Source: Planctomycetota bacterium (GTDB lineage: Bacteria > Planctomycetota > MHYJ01 > WSZJ01). Taken from it: a DNA stretch of 64,000 nucleotides. Shown here one piece after another: positions 48,001 through 57,394 of the stretch (position 1 is the first letter of the stretch; every line of letters starts with the position of its first letter). The stretch is taken from NCBI GenBank assembly GCA_038060895.1, contig JBBTCT010000002.1:64001-128000 (forward strand). The letters are read 5' to 3'. A program made the translations under genes and the position numbers. Under the pieces are notes generated by a model. The model had not been told where the DNA came from and did not search any database. It worked only from the letters and a program-made list of their open reading frames with translations.

Positions 48001-48129
48001 GTCGACGACGACAAGGTCTGCCCGCGGTGCGAGATCCACACGGTCTGCCGGCGGGGGCACTTTGCGACCCGCACGCGCGCCCTGAACGATCCGCGCGCGA
48101 AGGCGTTCGCCGACGGGAGGTTCGCGTGA
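45076..48129 (+). CDS. addB: AddB-like helicase-nuclease subunit with Fe-S staple
   Basis: LSPTAL..CPFQ, GRVDRV..DFK, CPRCEIHTVC; coupled to addA. Confidence 0.85.
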   Translation: MLSVRTGSYRSLEEELVGRLRLRPPLEPAWVVVPSRHVRGRLQRAMAASGGLANVFLPDFHALARMIVEEAGIDIPPLVEDVGEEEIFRAFLREPGASERYRVLADRPGAGALLRTVADLRAAVIAPPLLREVKEELPEDAQRLAELAGLLEAYGNFLKKLGYMTRSDVARVAAVEAEKSRLVKEAAAWNVYGFYEFLGEQKDLLDALSRETDATVFIPYREGPAYALSERTLNEDFGAARARQGGFIAPAEGGVAMEALRTRAPKPKILKGDGAPRTGIFRATAFTQRLFDPGEAPIKSGTAIPAVTCGGMADEVWYAVKEARRVHESEGVAWRDIAIVARTLDRRLHLAARYFREEGVPWWTPASQPLAERPLAQAASLAARLLLDEAYHLDVLEWFSSPLVKEEARADRWGEIARALGIVSADDWKRLSAARGADLADVDGNVVAAAEAVDAFAGAVDALRQSLPGAEGKRGWATLAAAWERFLGDRLDAKKDEAAWKSLQDILHSLAALENAGAPPDGRSFAAAFARGIAAEKIPVHPIPADGVAFLDAMQLRGQRFRVAVLLGLNERDWPAVPREDPYLPDASRRRIAGATGCRLRERMERTSEERMLFAFALDCCDRAVLVSRRVDDEGRKEAPSAYLDEIRRVVHVEDKAGVPRLATRKFERKLGWLTWTEQRLRAILTGGVDADPAVLKAKALEDCGGWNAFDQLSAPPQAHIDRVAERGLSPTALQNLATCPFQYWARNVTKLEVLDPREAEEDVTAREVGSVLHEALADRSGADPVELAREIFRRRAQKRPPLRYAVWEAARDAGLKALAALVAQDRAELQSGGWTVAHAELALPLLAGPKPLPGLHGRVDRVETRETKGGLEFRVTDFKYKLSKRPPVEGKDEKVEEKTLDDVLRGKQVQLAAYARLVAAHLGPKATFAGAHFYFFGPRFEPARRGLLARNGEEELSSLAPRAWEMAAQGRFVVVDDDKVCPRCEIHTVCRRGHFATRTRALNDPRAKAFADGRFA

Positions 48130-51100
48130 CCAGCGACGCGGGCGCGAGGCGGGACGCGGTGGTGCGCACGGACGAGAACGTCGTCCTGCGGGCGAGCGCC
48201 GGCACGGGCAAGACGACGGTGCTGGTCGAGCGGATGGCGTGTCTGCTCTTGCGCGAGAAGCTGGACCCCGAGCTGCTCGTCGCGATCACGTTCACCGAAA
48301 TGGCCGCGGCCGAGATGAAGACGCGCCTGCGGCGGCGCCTGATGGACGCGTTCCGGTGGGGCATGGGCGAGGACCCGAAGAACGCGTTCGACGAGACAAT
48401 CCTCTCCGCGGGGCGCGACGCCATCGCCGAGCGCGCGCACACCGCGCTCGACCGGCTCGACCGCGCGGCGATCGAGACGATGCACGCGTTCGCGGGGCGG
48501 CTGCTGCGGATGTTCCCCGAGGAAGCCGGCGTGGACGCGGCCTTCGCGATCGAGGACACGACGGCCGTGGAGGAAGCGCTTCATCGCGACTGGGCCGCGT
48601 GGTCGCGCGAGGAGTTCGCGGCCGGCGCCCCGAATCACGCGCGCTGGCGCCCGGTCCTCGCGACGCTTCAGTGGATCAAGGTGCAGGAACTCGCGTTCCG
48701 GCTTGCGGACTGGGAAGACATCCCGACCGATCCGGGCGCCGTGCCGCAGGACTCGAAGGCGTGGCACGAAGCGCTTCTTGCCGGGATGGAGCCGCTCGTC
48801 GCGCACGCCGAAGGAAAGACGAAGCGCGTGACGTCCGTGATGCAGCAGGCCCGCGCGGCGATGGAGATTCTTGCGAGGGTGAAGGCCGGCGGCTGGCGGC
48901 CCCTGGACACGGCGGACGACCGCTTCGAGGATTCGTTCAGCGACAGCTACAAGTCCACGGGCTGGACCGACGACGAGTGGATGGCCGCGAAGGCCGCGTA
49001 CGACGCGGCGCGCGCGTGGGCCTCGACGCGCACGGAAGCGGTCGAGGCCGTGCGGCTGCTCACGGGCTTCGCGACCTTCCACCGCGAGCAGAGCCTCAAC
49101 GCAGGGCGGCTGTCGTTCAACGCGCTGCTCTTCCTCGCGCGCGACCTGCTGCGCCGCAAGCCTCACGCCGCGCGGCGTTTCGAAAAACACCGCTTCCTCG
49201 TGGACGAATTCCAGGACACGGACGCGCGGCAGGCGGAGATCGTGCTGCGGCTTTCGTCGCCGCCGGCGGCCGAGCCGGAAGCGGACTGGCGCGCGCTGCG
49301 GCCGCGGCCGGGCGCGGTGTTCATCGTGGGCGACGGGAAGCAGTCGATCTATGCGTGGCGAAGCGCCGACCTGGGCGTGTACGACGCGGTGAGTGAGCAG
49401 TTGGTCGCGGCGGGAGCGCTGCCCCGCGAGCTCTCGGACAATTTCCGCTCGCAGCCGGCAGTGATCGACGCCGCGAACCGCGTTTTCGGGACGGCATTCG
49501 TGGAGGAGCCCGGGATCCAGGCGGCGCCCGCGGATCTCGTCGCGGCGCGGCTGCCGAAGCCGCTCAACGGGCGCGTGGTCGCTCTTCGGACCGCGAAAAC
49601 CGATGGGAAGGCGCCGGCGCTCGCCGCCGCCGAGGCCCTCGGGATCGCCAACTGGATCAACGACGTGCGCGGCAAGCTGCGCATCGAGGTCGAGGACGGC
49701 GACGCGACGGTTGCGAAACCGATCCGCTTCCGCGACATCGCGATCCTGCTCCGCGCGTCCACGTACCTGCCGCAGTACCTGCAGGCGCTTCGGACGGCGA
49801 AGATCCCTTACGTCGTGACGCGCGAGCAGCACTTCTACGAGGCGCAGGAGGTGCGCGACGCGATCAATCTCCTGGTCGCGCTCGTGCGCCCCGACGACGC
49901 GCTCGCGCTCGCGGGCGTGATGCGCTCGCCCGTCGGCGGGCTGACGTTCGACGACGTGCACGCCGCCGGCCGTCCGGACTTCCGCAGGAACGCGCCGGGA
50001 AAAGCGGGCGACCTCTTCGCGAAACTGCGCGACCTGCGATCGCTCGCGCTGCGCCTGCCGGTTCCGGAAGCGGTGGACCTCGTGCTCGAAGACTCCGGCC
50101 TGCGCGCCGCCGCCGCCGCTTCGGCCCACGGCGAGCAGGCGTTGGCCAACCTCGACAAGGTCGCGGCGCTCGCCGCGCGCTGGGCGGCGCCCGAGCTGAC
50201 GCTCGGCGCGTTCGCCGACCGCCTCGGCCGCCGGCTGCGCGACGTCGAGCGCGAGGCAGAGTCGCCCCTCGGCGAGCCGGACGACGAGGTCGTGCGCGTC
50301 TCCACGATCCACGCCGCCAAGGGGCTCGAGTGGCCGGTCGTCATCCTCGCCGGGCTTCACTCCGTCCCGCGCGGCGCCACCGTGGACGATCCGGTCCTTT
50401 CCGACCCTTCCGGTTTCGCCGCGAAAGCCGGCGACGCCACCACGCCGGGCTGGGCGTTCCTCGCCGACCGCCGCCGCCGCCGGAGCGAGGCCGAGAACAC
50501 GCGCCTCTTTTACGTCGCCTGCACGCGGGCGCGCGAGGCCCTCGTCCTGTCGCGTGCGGGCGACAAGCAGGGGCCTTTCCTCAAGAATCTCCCGGCGGGA
50601 ATCTTTGCGGAAGAGGACGCCGACATCGCGCCGCGTCCCTCCGGCACGATCATCCCACCGGTCGCGTTCCCGCCCGAGGAGGAGCGCGAGAAGTGGGACC
50701 GGGTGCGCTCGGACTACGAGAAACTGATGAAGCTCCCGTCGATCGATTCGCCGACGGGGATGATGCACCGCGAGGACGACGCGCCCGACCGGCACGGCCA
50801 CGCGTGGGATTCGCGCTCTGCGAAACAGATCGGCGTCGTCGTGCACTCGGTGCTCGAGAACTGGAAGTTCGAGGGCGACGACCTCGACCGAGCCCTCACG
50901 CGCGCCGGCGCGGATCTGCGCGCGACCGACCAGGCGGCCGTGCTTCCGCGCGCCCGCGAACTGCTTCAGTCGTTCCTCAAATCGCCGGACGCTGTCGAGA
51001 TCGCCGCTTCCCAGATTCTCGGCCGCGAAGTTCCCTTCTCGATGCCCCTCCAGGACGGCCGCTGCATCATCGGCGTCATCGACCTCGTGTTCGAGAAGGA

Positions 51101-51266
51101 CGGCAAGCTGCACGTGCGCGACTACAAGACCGGCGGCGAGAACCGGAAGTACGAGACGCAGCAGGGAATCTACGTCGCCGCGATGAAGAAGCTGTTTCCG
51201 GGGAAGGAGATCGCGTTCCGGTTCCTGTACATCGGCGGGAGCGGAGTTGCCACGCCAAGGGCGTAG
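48126..51266 (+). CDS. addA: AddA-like UvrD helicase + RecB-type nuclease
   Basis: ASAGTGKTT, DEFQD, GDGKQSIY, TIHAAKGLE, YVACTRA, GVIDL..DYKT. Confidence 0.92.
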   Translation: MTSDAGARRDAVVRTDENVVLRASAGTGKTTVLVERMACLLLREKLDPELLVAITFTEMAAAEMKTRLRRRLMDAFRWGMGEDPKNAFDETILSAGRDAIAERAHTALDRLDRAAIETMHAFAGRLLRMFPEEAGVDAAFAIEDTTAVEEALHRDWAAWSREEFAAGAPNHARWRPVLATLQWIKVQELAFRLADWEDIPTDPGAVPQDSKAWHEALLAGMEPLVAHAEGKTKRVTSVMQQARAAMEILARVKAGGWRPLDTADDRFEDSFSDSYKSTGWTDDEWMAAKAAYDAARAWASTRTEAVEAVRLLTGFATFHREQSLNAGRLSFNALLFLARDLLRRKPHAARRFEKHRFLVDEFQDTDARQAEIVLRLSSPPAAEPEADWRALRPRPGAVFIVGDGKQSIYAWRSADLGVYDAVSEQLVAAGALPRELSDNFRSQPAVIDAANRVFGTAFVEEPGIQAAPADLVAARLPKPLNGRVVALRTAKTDGKAPALAAAEALGIANWINDVRGKLRIEVEDGDATVAKPIRFRDIAILLRASTYLPQYLQALRTAKIPYVVTREQHFYEAQEVRDAINLLVALVRPDDALALAGVMRSPVGGLTFDDVHAAGRPDFRRNAPGKAGDLFAKLRDLRSLALRLPVPEAVDLVLEDSGLRAAAAASAHGEQALANLDKVAALAARWAAPELTLGAFADRLGRRLRDVEREAESPLGEPDDEVVRVSTIHAAKGLEWPVVILAGLHSVPRGATVDDPVLSDPSGFAAKAGDATTPGWAFLADRRRRRSEAENTRLFYVACTRAREALVLSRAGDKQGPFLKNLPAGIFAEEDADIAPRPSGTIIPPVAFPPEEEREKWDRVRSDYEKLMKLPSIDSPTGMMHREDDAPDRHGHAWDSRSAKQIGVVVHSVLENWKFEGDDLDRALTRAGADLRATDQAAVLPRARELLQSFLKSPDAVEIAASQILGREVPFSMPLQDGRCIIGVIDLVFEKDGKLHVRDYKTGGENRKYETQQGIYVAAMKKLFPGKEIAFRFLYIGGSGVATPRA

Positions 51267-51270
51267 TTGG

Positions 51271-51484
51271 GGGTTTGGAGTTCCGGAAGTGGAGTTCCGG
51301 GATCCGCGTTCCGGGTTCCGGGTGGGGTTTCGAGTCTCGTGTTGCGAGTGTCCCCGAGGTTCGGCTGACTCTGAACTGAACTCCAAACACGCAACTCACT
51401 CAACAACTCAGAACGCCGGACTCTCAACCCCACTCGGAACCCGGAACACGGATCCCGGAACTCCACTTCCGGAACCCCAAACTC
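51271..51484. repeat. Palindromic element with about 66-bp heptamer-periodic arms (GTTCCGG family)
   Basis: 51271-51336 pairs with 51419-51484; related to 58635-58877. Confidence 0.88.
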
Positions 51485-51539
51485 AAAACCCCGCAACTCC
51501 CCCACCCCAACCCCCGCCCGCCGCAGTATCATCCCCCCC

Positions 51540-52370
51540 GTGAAACGGCTCCTCTTCTTAGCACTGGCGGCCCTTCCCTGCTTCGCCGCCACCGACACGC
51601 TCGAGCCGGTCAAAAAGGGCCTCGCCGCCGATGCCGCCCGCTCCGCTTGCGAGGAAATGCGCTTCCGCATCAAGGGGCGCTCGCTCGCGATCGCTCCTTT
51701 CCGCAACGATCCCGACGGGCTGGTGACGGCCGCCTTCAAGGAAGCGATCTCGAGCAAGGGCGACTTCGACGTGAAGGAACCGTCCACGTGGCGCGAAATC
51801 TGGGACAAGATCGTCGGGAACGACAAGGACGCGCCGCTGACGTGGAAGCAGGCGGTCGAGCTGGGGACGAAACTCGACGCCGAGTGCGTGCTCTTTGGCC
51901 GCGTCGAGACGCTCGCCGTCGACGAAGGCCGGTCGCACGTGGACGTGAAGATCCGCATCGTCTACACGAAGGACTCCGGTACGAACCAGAAAGCCGGCGA
52001 CGGCCTCTTCATCGGGCGCTACCAGACGAGCCTCAAGAAATCCCTGTTCTCGATGCCGTACTTCCAGGTCTGGATCTTCGACACGTCGAAGTGGGTGCGC
52101 ATCCTGATCTGGTGCGTCGCGCTCCTGATCCTGCCGTTCCTGACGCTGCTCGCGCGCGAATCCCTCTCCCAGGCGCCGCCGATCATCCCGATCGGGCTCG
52201 TGATTCTCATGACCGGCATGGACATGTTCCTCGCGCTTCTCCTGATGGGCTTCGAGGCGGGCTCCATCGTCTCGTGGCTCCTCCTCGTCGGCGCGCTCGC
52301 GGTGTCGATCTTCTACAACCTCACCATCCTCGCGAAGGTCGCCCAGCTGCAGCTCCCGGGGCGCGACTGA
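51540..52370 (+). CDS. Exported alpha/beta domain + 3 C-terminal TM protein
   Basis: Signal peptide; paralog of next gene. Confidence 0.7.
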   Translation: MKRLLFLALAALPCFAATDTLEPVKKGLAADAARSACEEMRFRIKGRSLAIAPFRNDPDGLVTAAFKEAISSKGDFDVKEPSTWREIWDKIVGNDKDAPLTWKQAVELGTKLDAECVLFGRVETLAVDEGRSHVDVKIRIVYTKDSGTNQKAGDGLFIGRYQTSLKKSLFSMPYFQVWIFDTSKWVRILIWCVALLILPFLTLLARESLSQAPPIIPIGLVILMTGMDMFLALLLMGFEAGSIVSWLLLVGALAVSIFYNLTILAKVAQLQLPGRD

Positions 52371-52371
52371 T

Positions 52372-53184
52372 TTGGAACGCCAACACCTCGCTTCCCTCGG
52401 CGCCGCCGCCCTCCTTCTTCTCTGCGGCATCGTGCAGATCGTGATGTTCGCGACAAGCGATCCCGACCTCCTCGCGCTCTGCCTCCAGGAAACCGCCGCG
52501 ACCGTCGAAGTCCCGGACCAGCCCGCCGCGCTGCGCATCGCGGTCTTCGCGCCCGCCGGCGAGGAATCCGGCGCCCTCGAAAAAGCACTCCGCGCGCGCT
52601 TCGACGAACGCGCCGACTGGAAAGTCCTCGACCGCGAGACCCAGGAGGAAGCGCTCAACGAGTACGCCGATGTCCCGCGGAGGCCGAAGTCGGATTCAGA
52701 AGCGCTCGCCGCGGCGAAGAAGCTCGGCGTGGAAGCAGCGTTCTGGACGGACGCGCGTACGTTCCGGCAGGGCGAGGAGAAGGCCGAAGTCGATTTCACC
52801 TGGGGGCTCGTCAAAACTCCGGGCGGAGACAAGGTCGCGGGCGGCTCCGCGGCGCGCACGATGGAAAAAGGCTTCTTCGCCCTCGACCGCTACCGCGCCA
52901 AGGTCGACGACACGTCCGCCCTCTTCCGCGTCTTCTTCTGGATCGTCGCCCTCCTCGTCCTTCCCGCCGCCCTCGCCCCCGTCAACGAGCTCGTCCTGGG
53001 CAAGCGCACCAACGCCGCCGCCGCCGCGCTCATCTCCGGCTACTCCGCCCTCGCTTTCGTCCTCATGCTCCTCCTCAACGGCTTCCGCCTCTTCTCCGTC
53101 TTCTGGGCCATCGGCGCCCTTGTCGCGCTCGCGGCCGGCGCGCTCTACACGCTCGCCGTGCTGAACGCGATGTCGGAAGGGTAA
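52372..53184 (+). CDS. Membrane protein, paralog of 51540-52370
   Basis: Shared DTS..R..W.VALL.LP motif and layout. Confidence 0.7.
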   Translation: MERQHLASLGAAALLLLCGIVQIVMFATSDPDLLALCLQETAATVEVPDQPAALRIAVFAPAGEESGALEKALRARFDERADWKVLDRETQEEALNEYADVPRRPKSDSEALAAAKKLGVEAAFWTDARTFRQGEEKAEVDFTWGLVKTPGGDKVAGGSAARTMEKGFFALDRYRAKVDDTSALFRVFFWIVALLVLPAALAPVNELVLGKRTNAAAAALISGYSALAFVLMLLLNGFRLFSVFWAIGALVALAAGALYTLAVLNAMSEG

Positions 53185-53200
53185 GCCGGCACCGCCCGAC

Positions 53201-54073
53201 TCAGCGCGGCCCCACCTTCAGGTCCACTTCCCTCAGCCGCACCATTCGCGCCGCGCCTGCCTTGTCGAGCTCCGCGCCCAGCGCCTCCGGGGATTCCGGC
53301 GTCGGGGCGTCGTCAGCCCCGAGGATGACGTCTCCGATGCGGAGGCCCGAGGCCCGCCCGCGCCCCGACCAGCCCGCAGCCGTGATTTCCCATCCGGAAA
53401 CCGCTTCACGCGAATGGAATCCTTCTTCCCCGAGCCGGTTGACCCAGAGCTGCCACCCAGGCACGAGGTGCTTGCGGGGATCCGGCAGAGCGCTCGTCGA
53501 CAGGCCAAGAAACGTCACGCGGCCGTCCGCGGCGATGGAAAAACGGTCCGCTTCGTAGCCACGCGCGCGGGCAGCGGCCTCGACGCAGGCGCGCCATTCA
53601 TCCCAGGTGCGCGCGGCGAAGAGCTCTGCGGAGGCGCCGTCCGCGGCGATTTCGCCTTCGACGGATCCGTCGGCGTAGAAGCGAACGACGAACGCGAGCG
53701 TGTGGCTTTCCTTCTCGCTCTCCGAGGAGATGGAGAATTTCTGCGCGTCGCCGCCCTGCAGATCGCGACGCTCGAGCTCGCGCAGCACCCGCCGCGCTTC
53801 AGAGCGAAGTGCGGGGTCCGTGGAAGTGGCGGCGGCGCGGAGGGAAGTGACGACTTCGCCCTGGCGCCCGGGGTTGCGGCCGATCGAGAGGAGTCGCGCC
53901 GCGGCGTCTGCCCGCGAATCGGGCACGGCGAGATTCTGCATCGCGTCGCGGACGTCGGGCGCCACGGTGTCGGGCGCGGCCACGGGCACCGGAGCCAGAA
54001 GCGGTTCCGGCGGTGCGCTCGAGCAGCCGGCCGCGAAGAGGGCGGCAGCGGCGAGAGTGGCGAGCCGTTTCAC
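53201..54073 (-). CDS. Lipoprotein with HEAT-like and C-terminal PDZ-like segment
   Basis: Lipobox AAGC; GLRIGDVIL. Confidence 0.7.
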   Translation of the reverse strand: MKRLATLAAAALFAAGCSSAPPEPLLAPVPVAAPDTVAPDVRDAMQNLAVPDSRADAAARLLSIGRNPGRQGEVVTSLRAAATSTDPALRSEARRVLRELERRDLQGGDAQKFSISSESEKESHTLAFVVRFYADGSVEGEIAADGASAELFAARTWDEWRACVEAAARARGYEADRFSIAADGRVTFLGLSTSALPDPRKHLVPGWQLWVNRLGEEGFHSREAVSGWEITAAGWSGRGRASGLRIGDVILGADDAPTPESPEALGAELDKAGAARMVRLREVDLKVGPR

Positions 54074-54942
54074 TTGCCGCCTCCTGCAGAAATCGGGAGC
54101 TTTACGATTTCCGCCCGCGCGACCCGGACCACGGTCGCGCCGTTCAGCAGGCTCTCCAGATCCCCGATCGATTCAGCTTTCGCGCCGCCGATCTGCAGAA
54201 TCACGTCTCCGCGGCGCAATCCGCACGAGGACGCACGACCGTCCACGGTGCGCGCGCCCACGATCCACCCGTTCCGGTGGCGGTCGACCCACAGTCCCCA
54301 GCTCTTCACGAGGTGCTCGGCGGGATCGGGACTCGACGCGGTCACGGGACCGATCGTCCACATTCCACTCGGGTCGACGTGGAAATGGTCTCCCTCGAGC
54401 CCCCGCGCTTCCGATTCCTCGTTCACCATCTCCGAGAGTTCGGCAAACGACGCCGCGCTGAACGTTTCCGTGTTCCCGTCGCCAAAACGAGCGTCCATCT
54501 CCGCTGAGCCGTCCGCGTAGGTCCGGAACGCGAACGCCATCCCCACCTTCGTCCCTCCCCACGTGAACGTCGTCTCCATCCGCCCGCCCCACGGCGCCAG
54601 GGCTTCCGAACGGTTCAGGATCCGAAGCGTCTCCCCGGCGCGGGCCCTGGCTTCGGCGTCGTCTGCGGTCGCTCCCGCGCGGAGTGCTTCGACCACCTCG
54701 CGTTGCCTCACCGGGTCGGCACCGATCCGCAACAGCTCGGCTGTCGCGCGCTCCCGAGTCGCGGCTTCCTCGTTTCCCAGTTGCGCTACGAAGTCGCGAA
54801 CTTCCGAGGACGTCGTCGCCGGCGCAGGGCGCGGTGCGGGGCGGATCGCCTCAAGATCGGGCCGGCCCGCGCAGCCGGCGAGGAGTCCGACTGCGAAGAT
54901 CAGCGCGCGGGCGGAAGTGAAAGTCAGGCGGGAGCGAGCCAT
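54070..54942 (-). CDS. Lipoprotein, paralog of 53201-54073
   Basis: Lipobox LAGC; YADGS; GLRRGDVIL. Confidence 0.7.
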   Translation of the reverse strand: MARSRLTFTSARALIFAVGLLAGCAGRPDLEAIRPAPRPAPATTSSEVRDFVAQLGNEEAATRERATAELLRIGADPVRQREVVEALRAGATADDAEARARAGETLRILNRSEALAPWGGRMETTFTWGGTKVGMAFAFRTYADGSAEMDARFGDGNTETFSAASFAELSEMVNEESEARGLEGDHFHVDPSGMWTIGPVTASSPDPAEHLVKSWGLWVDRHRNGWIVGARTVDGRASSCGLRRGDVILQIGGAKAESIGDLESLLNGATVVRVARAEIVKLPISAGGGK

Positions 54943-55021
54943 CGGGTTCCAGATTAAGGTGTGAGAGAGCGCGCGTCATTTTAAGTTTCCGCGTCGCCCC
55001 GGGCGGCCAGACCGTTTTTGG

Positions 55022-55060
55022 AAAAAAAATGAAGGGCCCGGCTGACCGTCCGGGCCCTTC
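55022..55060 (-). terminator. Intrinsic terminator
   Basis: 11-bp stem GAAGGGCCCGG followed by a T-run on the minus strand. Confidence 0.85.
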
Positions 55061-55105
55061 TGAGGTGGGCTGCCGCATTTGAGTGCGGCAGGTGAGGAAT
55101 CGGGA

Positions 55106-55480
55106 TTACTTCGGCTTTTCTTCCTTCGGCTTCTTCGCGTCGAATTCCCGCTTCATGTCCTCCGGGCCGTCCGGCTTGCCGCCCATGGCGTAGGCATCAA
55201 AGAGCTTGTCGTACGCGCAGTTGCGATGCGCGCGCAGCGTCAGTTCTTTGCCCCCGTCGAAGGCGTAGACGGACAGGCGCGGCTTCGTCGAGTCGCTGGA
55301 ATCCCAGATGTAGATCAGCTTCTCGTTGGCGCCGGTGGGCGGCGTGGCCATGATGAAACCACTGGCCGTGTCTCCGGGAGGGGAAGCGAAGGCCATGGGG
55401 CTGGAATGGCCCATGAGGTACCCGGCTAGGACGAACAAACCGCCGGTGAGGATGCCAGCAAAGTAGGATTTCGCGTTCAT
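55106..55480 (-). CDS. Hypothetical exported protein
   Basis: TAAGGAG RBS, N-terminal hydrophobic helix, own terminator. Confidence 0.75.
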   Translation of the reverse strand: MNAKSYFAGILTGGLFVLAGYLMGHSSPMAFASPPGDTASGFIMATPPTGANEKLIYIWDSSDSTKPRLSVYAFDGGKELTLRAHRNCAYDKLFDAYAMGGKPDGPEDMKREFDAKKPKEEKPK

Positions 55481-55694
55481 GACGGATCTCCTTACTAGAA
55501 GAGGGGTTGTGAGGAACCACTCCTAACAGTAGTCCCTATCTGCAAGAGGCGTGCCCTGCCGCATGATTCGCAAGTTGTTTCAGGACAATGACTTGTGGAA
55601 GTGGTCACCCGCCTTCGGCGTCCTTTTGTAAGGACACTTCCCAAAATCATGTCAATTTGCGCGGAAGTGCACGTATTGCCAAGAAGATTGACGC

Positions 55695-55901
55695 CTATCT
55701 CGTCGAAAAGTTCCCTTCGGGGATCGGCTCGACCATTGGATACTCTTCCAGCGGCGGCACCTCTTCCAGTCCGCGCGGCGGCGCCTGCACTACCAGATAG
55801 CAGGACGGGCACCTCACGGCCCGCGAGCACAGAGTCTCGGAGACTTGAAGCAGCCGCTCGCAACAGCGGCAGCGGAAACGCACGAGAGGTGTCACATCCA
55901 T
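55695..55901 (-). CDS. Small zinc-ribbon protein
   Basis: RFRCRCC..VRCPSC. Confidence 0.6.
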   Translation of the reverse strand: MDVTPLVRFRCRCCERLLQVSETLCSRAVRCPSCYLVVQAPPRGLEEVPPLEEYPMVEPIPEGNFSTR

Positions 55902-55938
55902 GCCTGTGAGAACGCAGGAGCGCGCGCCGGGTTCGGTT

Positions 55939-57393
55939 TCAGTCGGCCGCGATGACCCCAGCGACACCGCCGTCCCGGGTGATGTTCACGATCCGCGACT
56001 TTGAAAGCCGCGCGAGCATGGCGACGCCCCGCGGCGTGCCGGTGAATCCGCCGATCGTCACGCGCTTTTCCCACGGCGTGTCCGCGTTGCCGGTCGGGTA
56101 GATCTCCTCCACCGGCGAGGCCAGGGTCTGCGCGACCCAGCCCGGGGCTTCGCGGACGGCGCGCTGGATCAGGCGGTCCCAGGCTGCGGGTTTGATCTCG
56201 CGGCCGAAGTTGATCCCGTGGCCGCCGTAGTCGCGGTTCGGTTTCAGGACGAGGCGTTCCCGCGCCCGGCGCAGGAATTCCGTCATGTCGACTTCACGGC
56301 CGTCGGGGCCGTCGGTCTTCACTTCGCGCACGACGCGCGTCCAGGCCACATGTTTCCGGAAGATCGCCACGTCGGCGGCCGAAAAGCGCTTCCGCCACCG
56401 GGCACTCGTGAGGATCTCCAGCGCGCCCTTCTGGTCGAATTCCCCCGCGAGCCCGGAAACGACGCGGTTTTCGCGGAAGGCCCACTTCACGCCCGACAGG
56501 TCCCGTCCTTCATCGCCCAGCTCGAGCAGGTTCACGGCCGTCGGATCGCGATACAGGAAATCGACCGCCTTGTCCCCGGCGTACATCCGGCCGCGCTTCA
56601 CGCGGATCTCTCCCGGGTCCGCCGTGATCACGTCGTGACCGCGCTTCCGCAGCAGCTCCGCCATCCGCACGAATTCCGCCGGCCCCGAGTCGCAGTCCTC
56701 CTCAAGCAGGCACACGCACGCCGCGCGGACGCCGATCGCGGCGCCGTGGTCGCAGACCTGGTTGAAGATGAGGTCGAGCACGTCGTCGTCGGGGCGGAAG
56801 CGGCGGCCCGGGAAGGCGCGGGTGAGCCAGGGGCCGACGACTTCGTGGACGATGCGGGAGGCGCACCACGAATAGTAGGAAGCGCCGACGCCGACCATGT
56901 TGGTCTCGAGGACGACGAGCGAGTCGCGCCATGACGGCGAGCCGAGGTCGATCGCGCAATCCACGCGTCCGAGGAGCGTCTGGGGCCGGTGGAACGGCGG
57001 GCCGAGGAACGACCGCATCCAGCGGCGCTCGCGCGTGTCGAGCGGGAGCAGGAACGAGGCGTCGCGGTCAGAGTGAGCGAGTTCAGGAAGCAGGCGCGTC
57101 GCGCGGTCCAGCGCGAGAAAGACCCGCTGCAGAAGATCGTGCTGCGGCTGGGTGCGCAGCCAGGGCCGCGCCGTGACGTGGATCGGCCGCCCTTTCCCGG
57201 GCGTGGGGAAAAACTCCATCCCGTAACGCTGCGCCAGAACAGCAATTTCGTGCGCCCAGCGCGCGAGCTCAGAAGCGGGGACCGCGAGAAGCGCTTTTTC
57301 GAGCGACGCTCTGGGGACAAAGTCCCTAGGCGCGGAAACGGCCATCAGATCAGGACTCCCGACCGCGTCATAACTCCCATCTCCCGACTGCAT
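55939..57393 (-). CDS. Circularly permuted ATP-grasp (glutathionylspermidine-synthase-like) ligase
   Basis: GRVD..LETN, QKG, LVLKPNRDYGGHGI, WVAQ. Confidence 0.75.
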   Translation of the reverse strand: MQSGDGSYDAVGSPDLMAVSAPRDFVPRASLEKALLAVPASELARWAHEIAVLAQRYGMEFFPTPGKGRPIHVTARPWLRTQPQHDLLQRVFLALDRATRLLPELAHSDRDASFLLPLDTRERRWMRSFLGPPFHRPQTLLGRVDCAIDLGSPSWRDSLVVLETNMVGVGASYYSWCASRIVHEVVGPWLTRAFPGRRFRPDDDVLDLIFNQVCDHGAAIGVRAACVCLLEEDCDSGPAEFVRMAELLRKRGHDVITADPGEIRVKRGRMYAGDKAVDFLYRDPTAVNLLELGDEGRDLSGVKWAFRENRVVSGLAGEFDQKGALEILTSARWRKRFSAADVAIFRKHVAWTRVVREVKTDGPDGREVDMTEFLRRARERLVLKPNRDYGGHGINFGREIKPAAWDRLIQRAVREAPGWVAQTLASPVEEIYPTGNADTPWEKRVTIGGFTGTPRGVAMLARLSKSRIVNITRDGGVAGVIAAD

Positions 57394-57394
57394 T

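Noticed and set aside
45076-51266. Helicase-nuclease pair as a novel defence system
   Set aside because: Motifs, gene order and Fe-S cysteines fit ordinary AddAB
45010-51386. Very long antisense ORFs (1016 and 1169 aa) and similar ORFs such as 25309-28356 and 2402-4861
   Set aside because: Shadow frames of high-GC genes; Arg/Ala/Pro-rich with no motifs
52368-52374. Frameshift or readthrough joining 51540-52370 with 52372-53184
   Set aside because: Different frames, and each gene has its own N-terminal hydrophobic segment and complete paralogous layout
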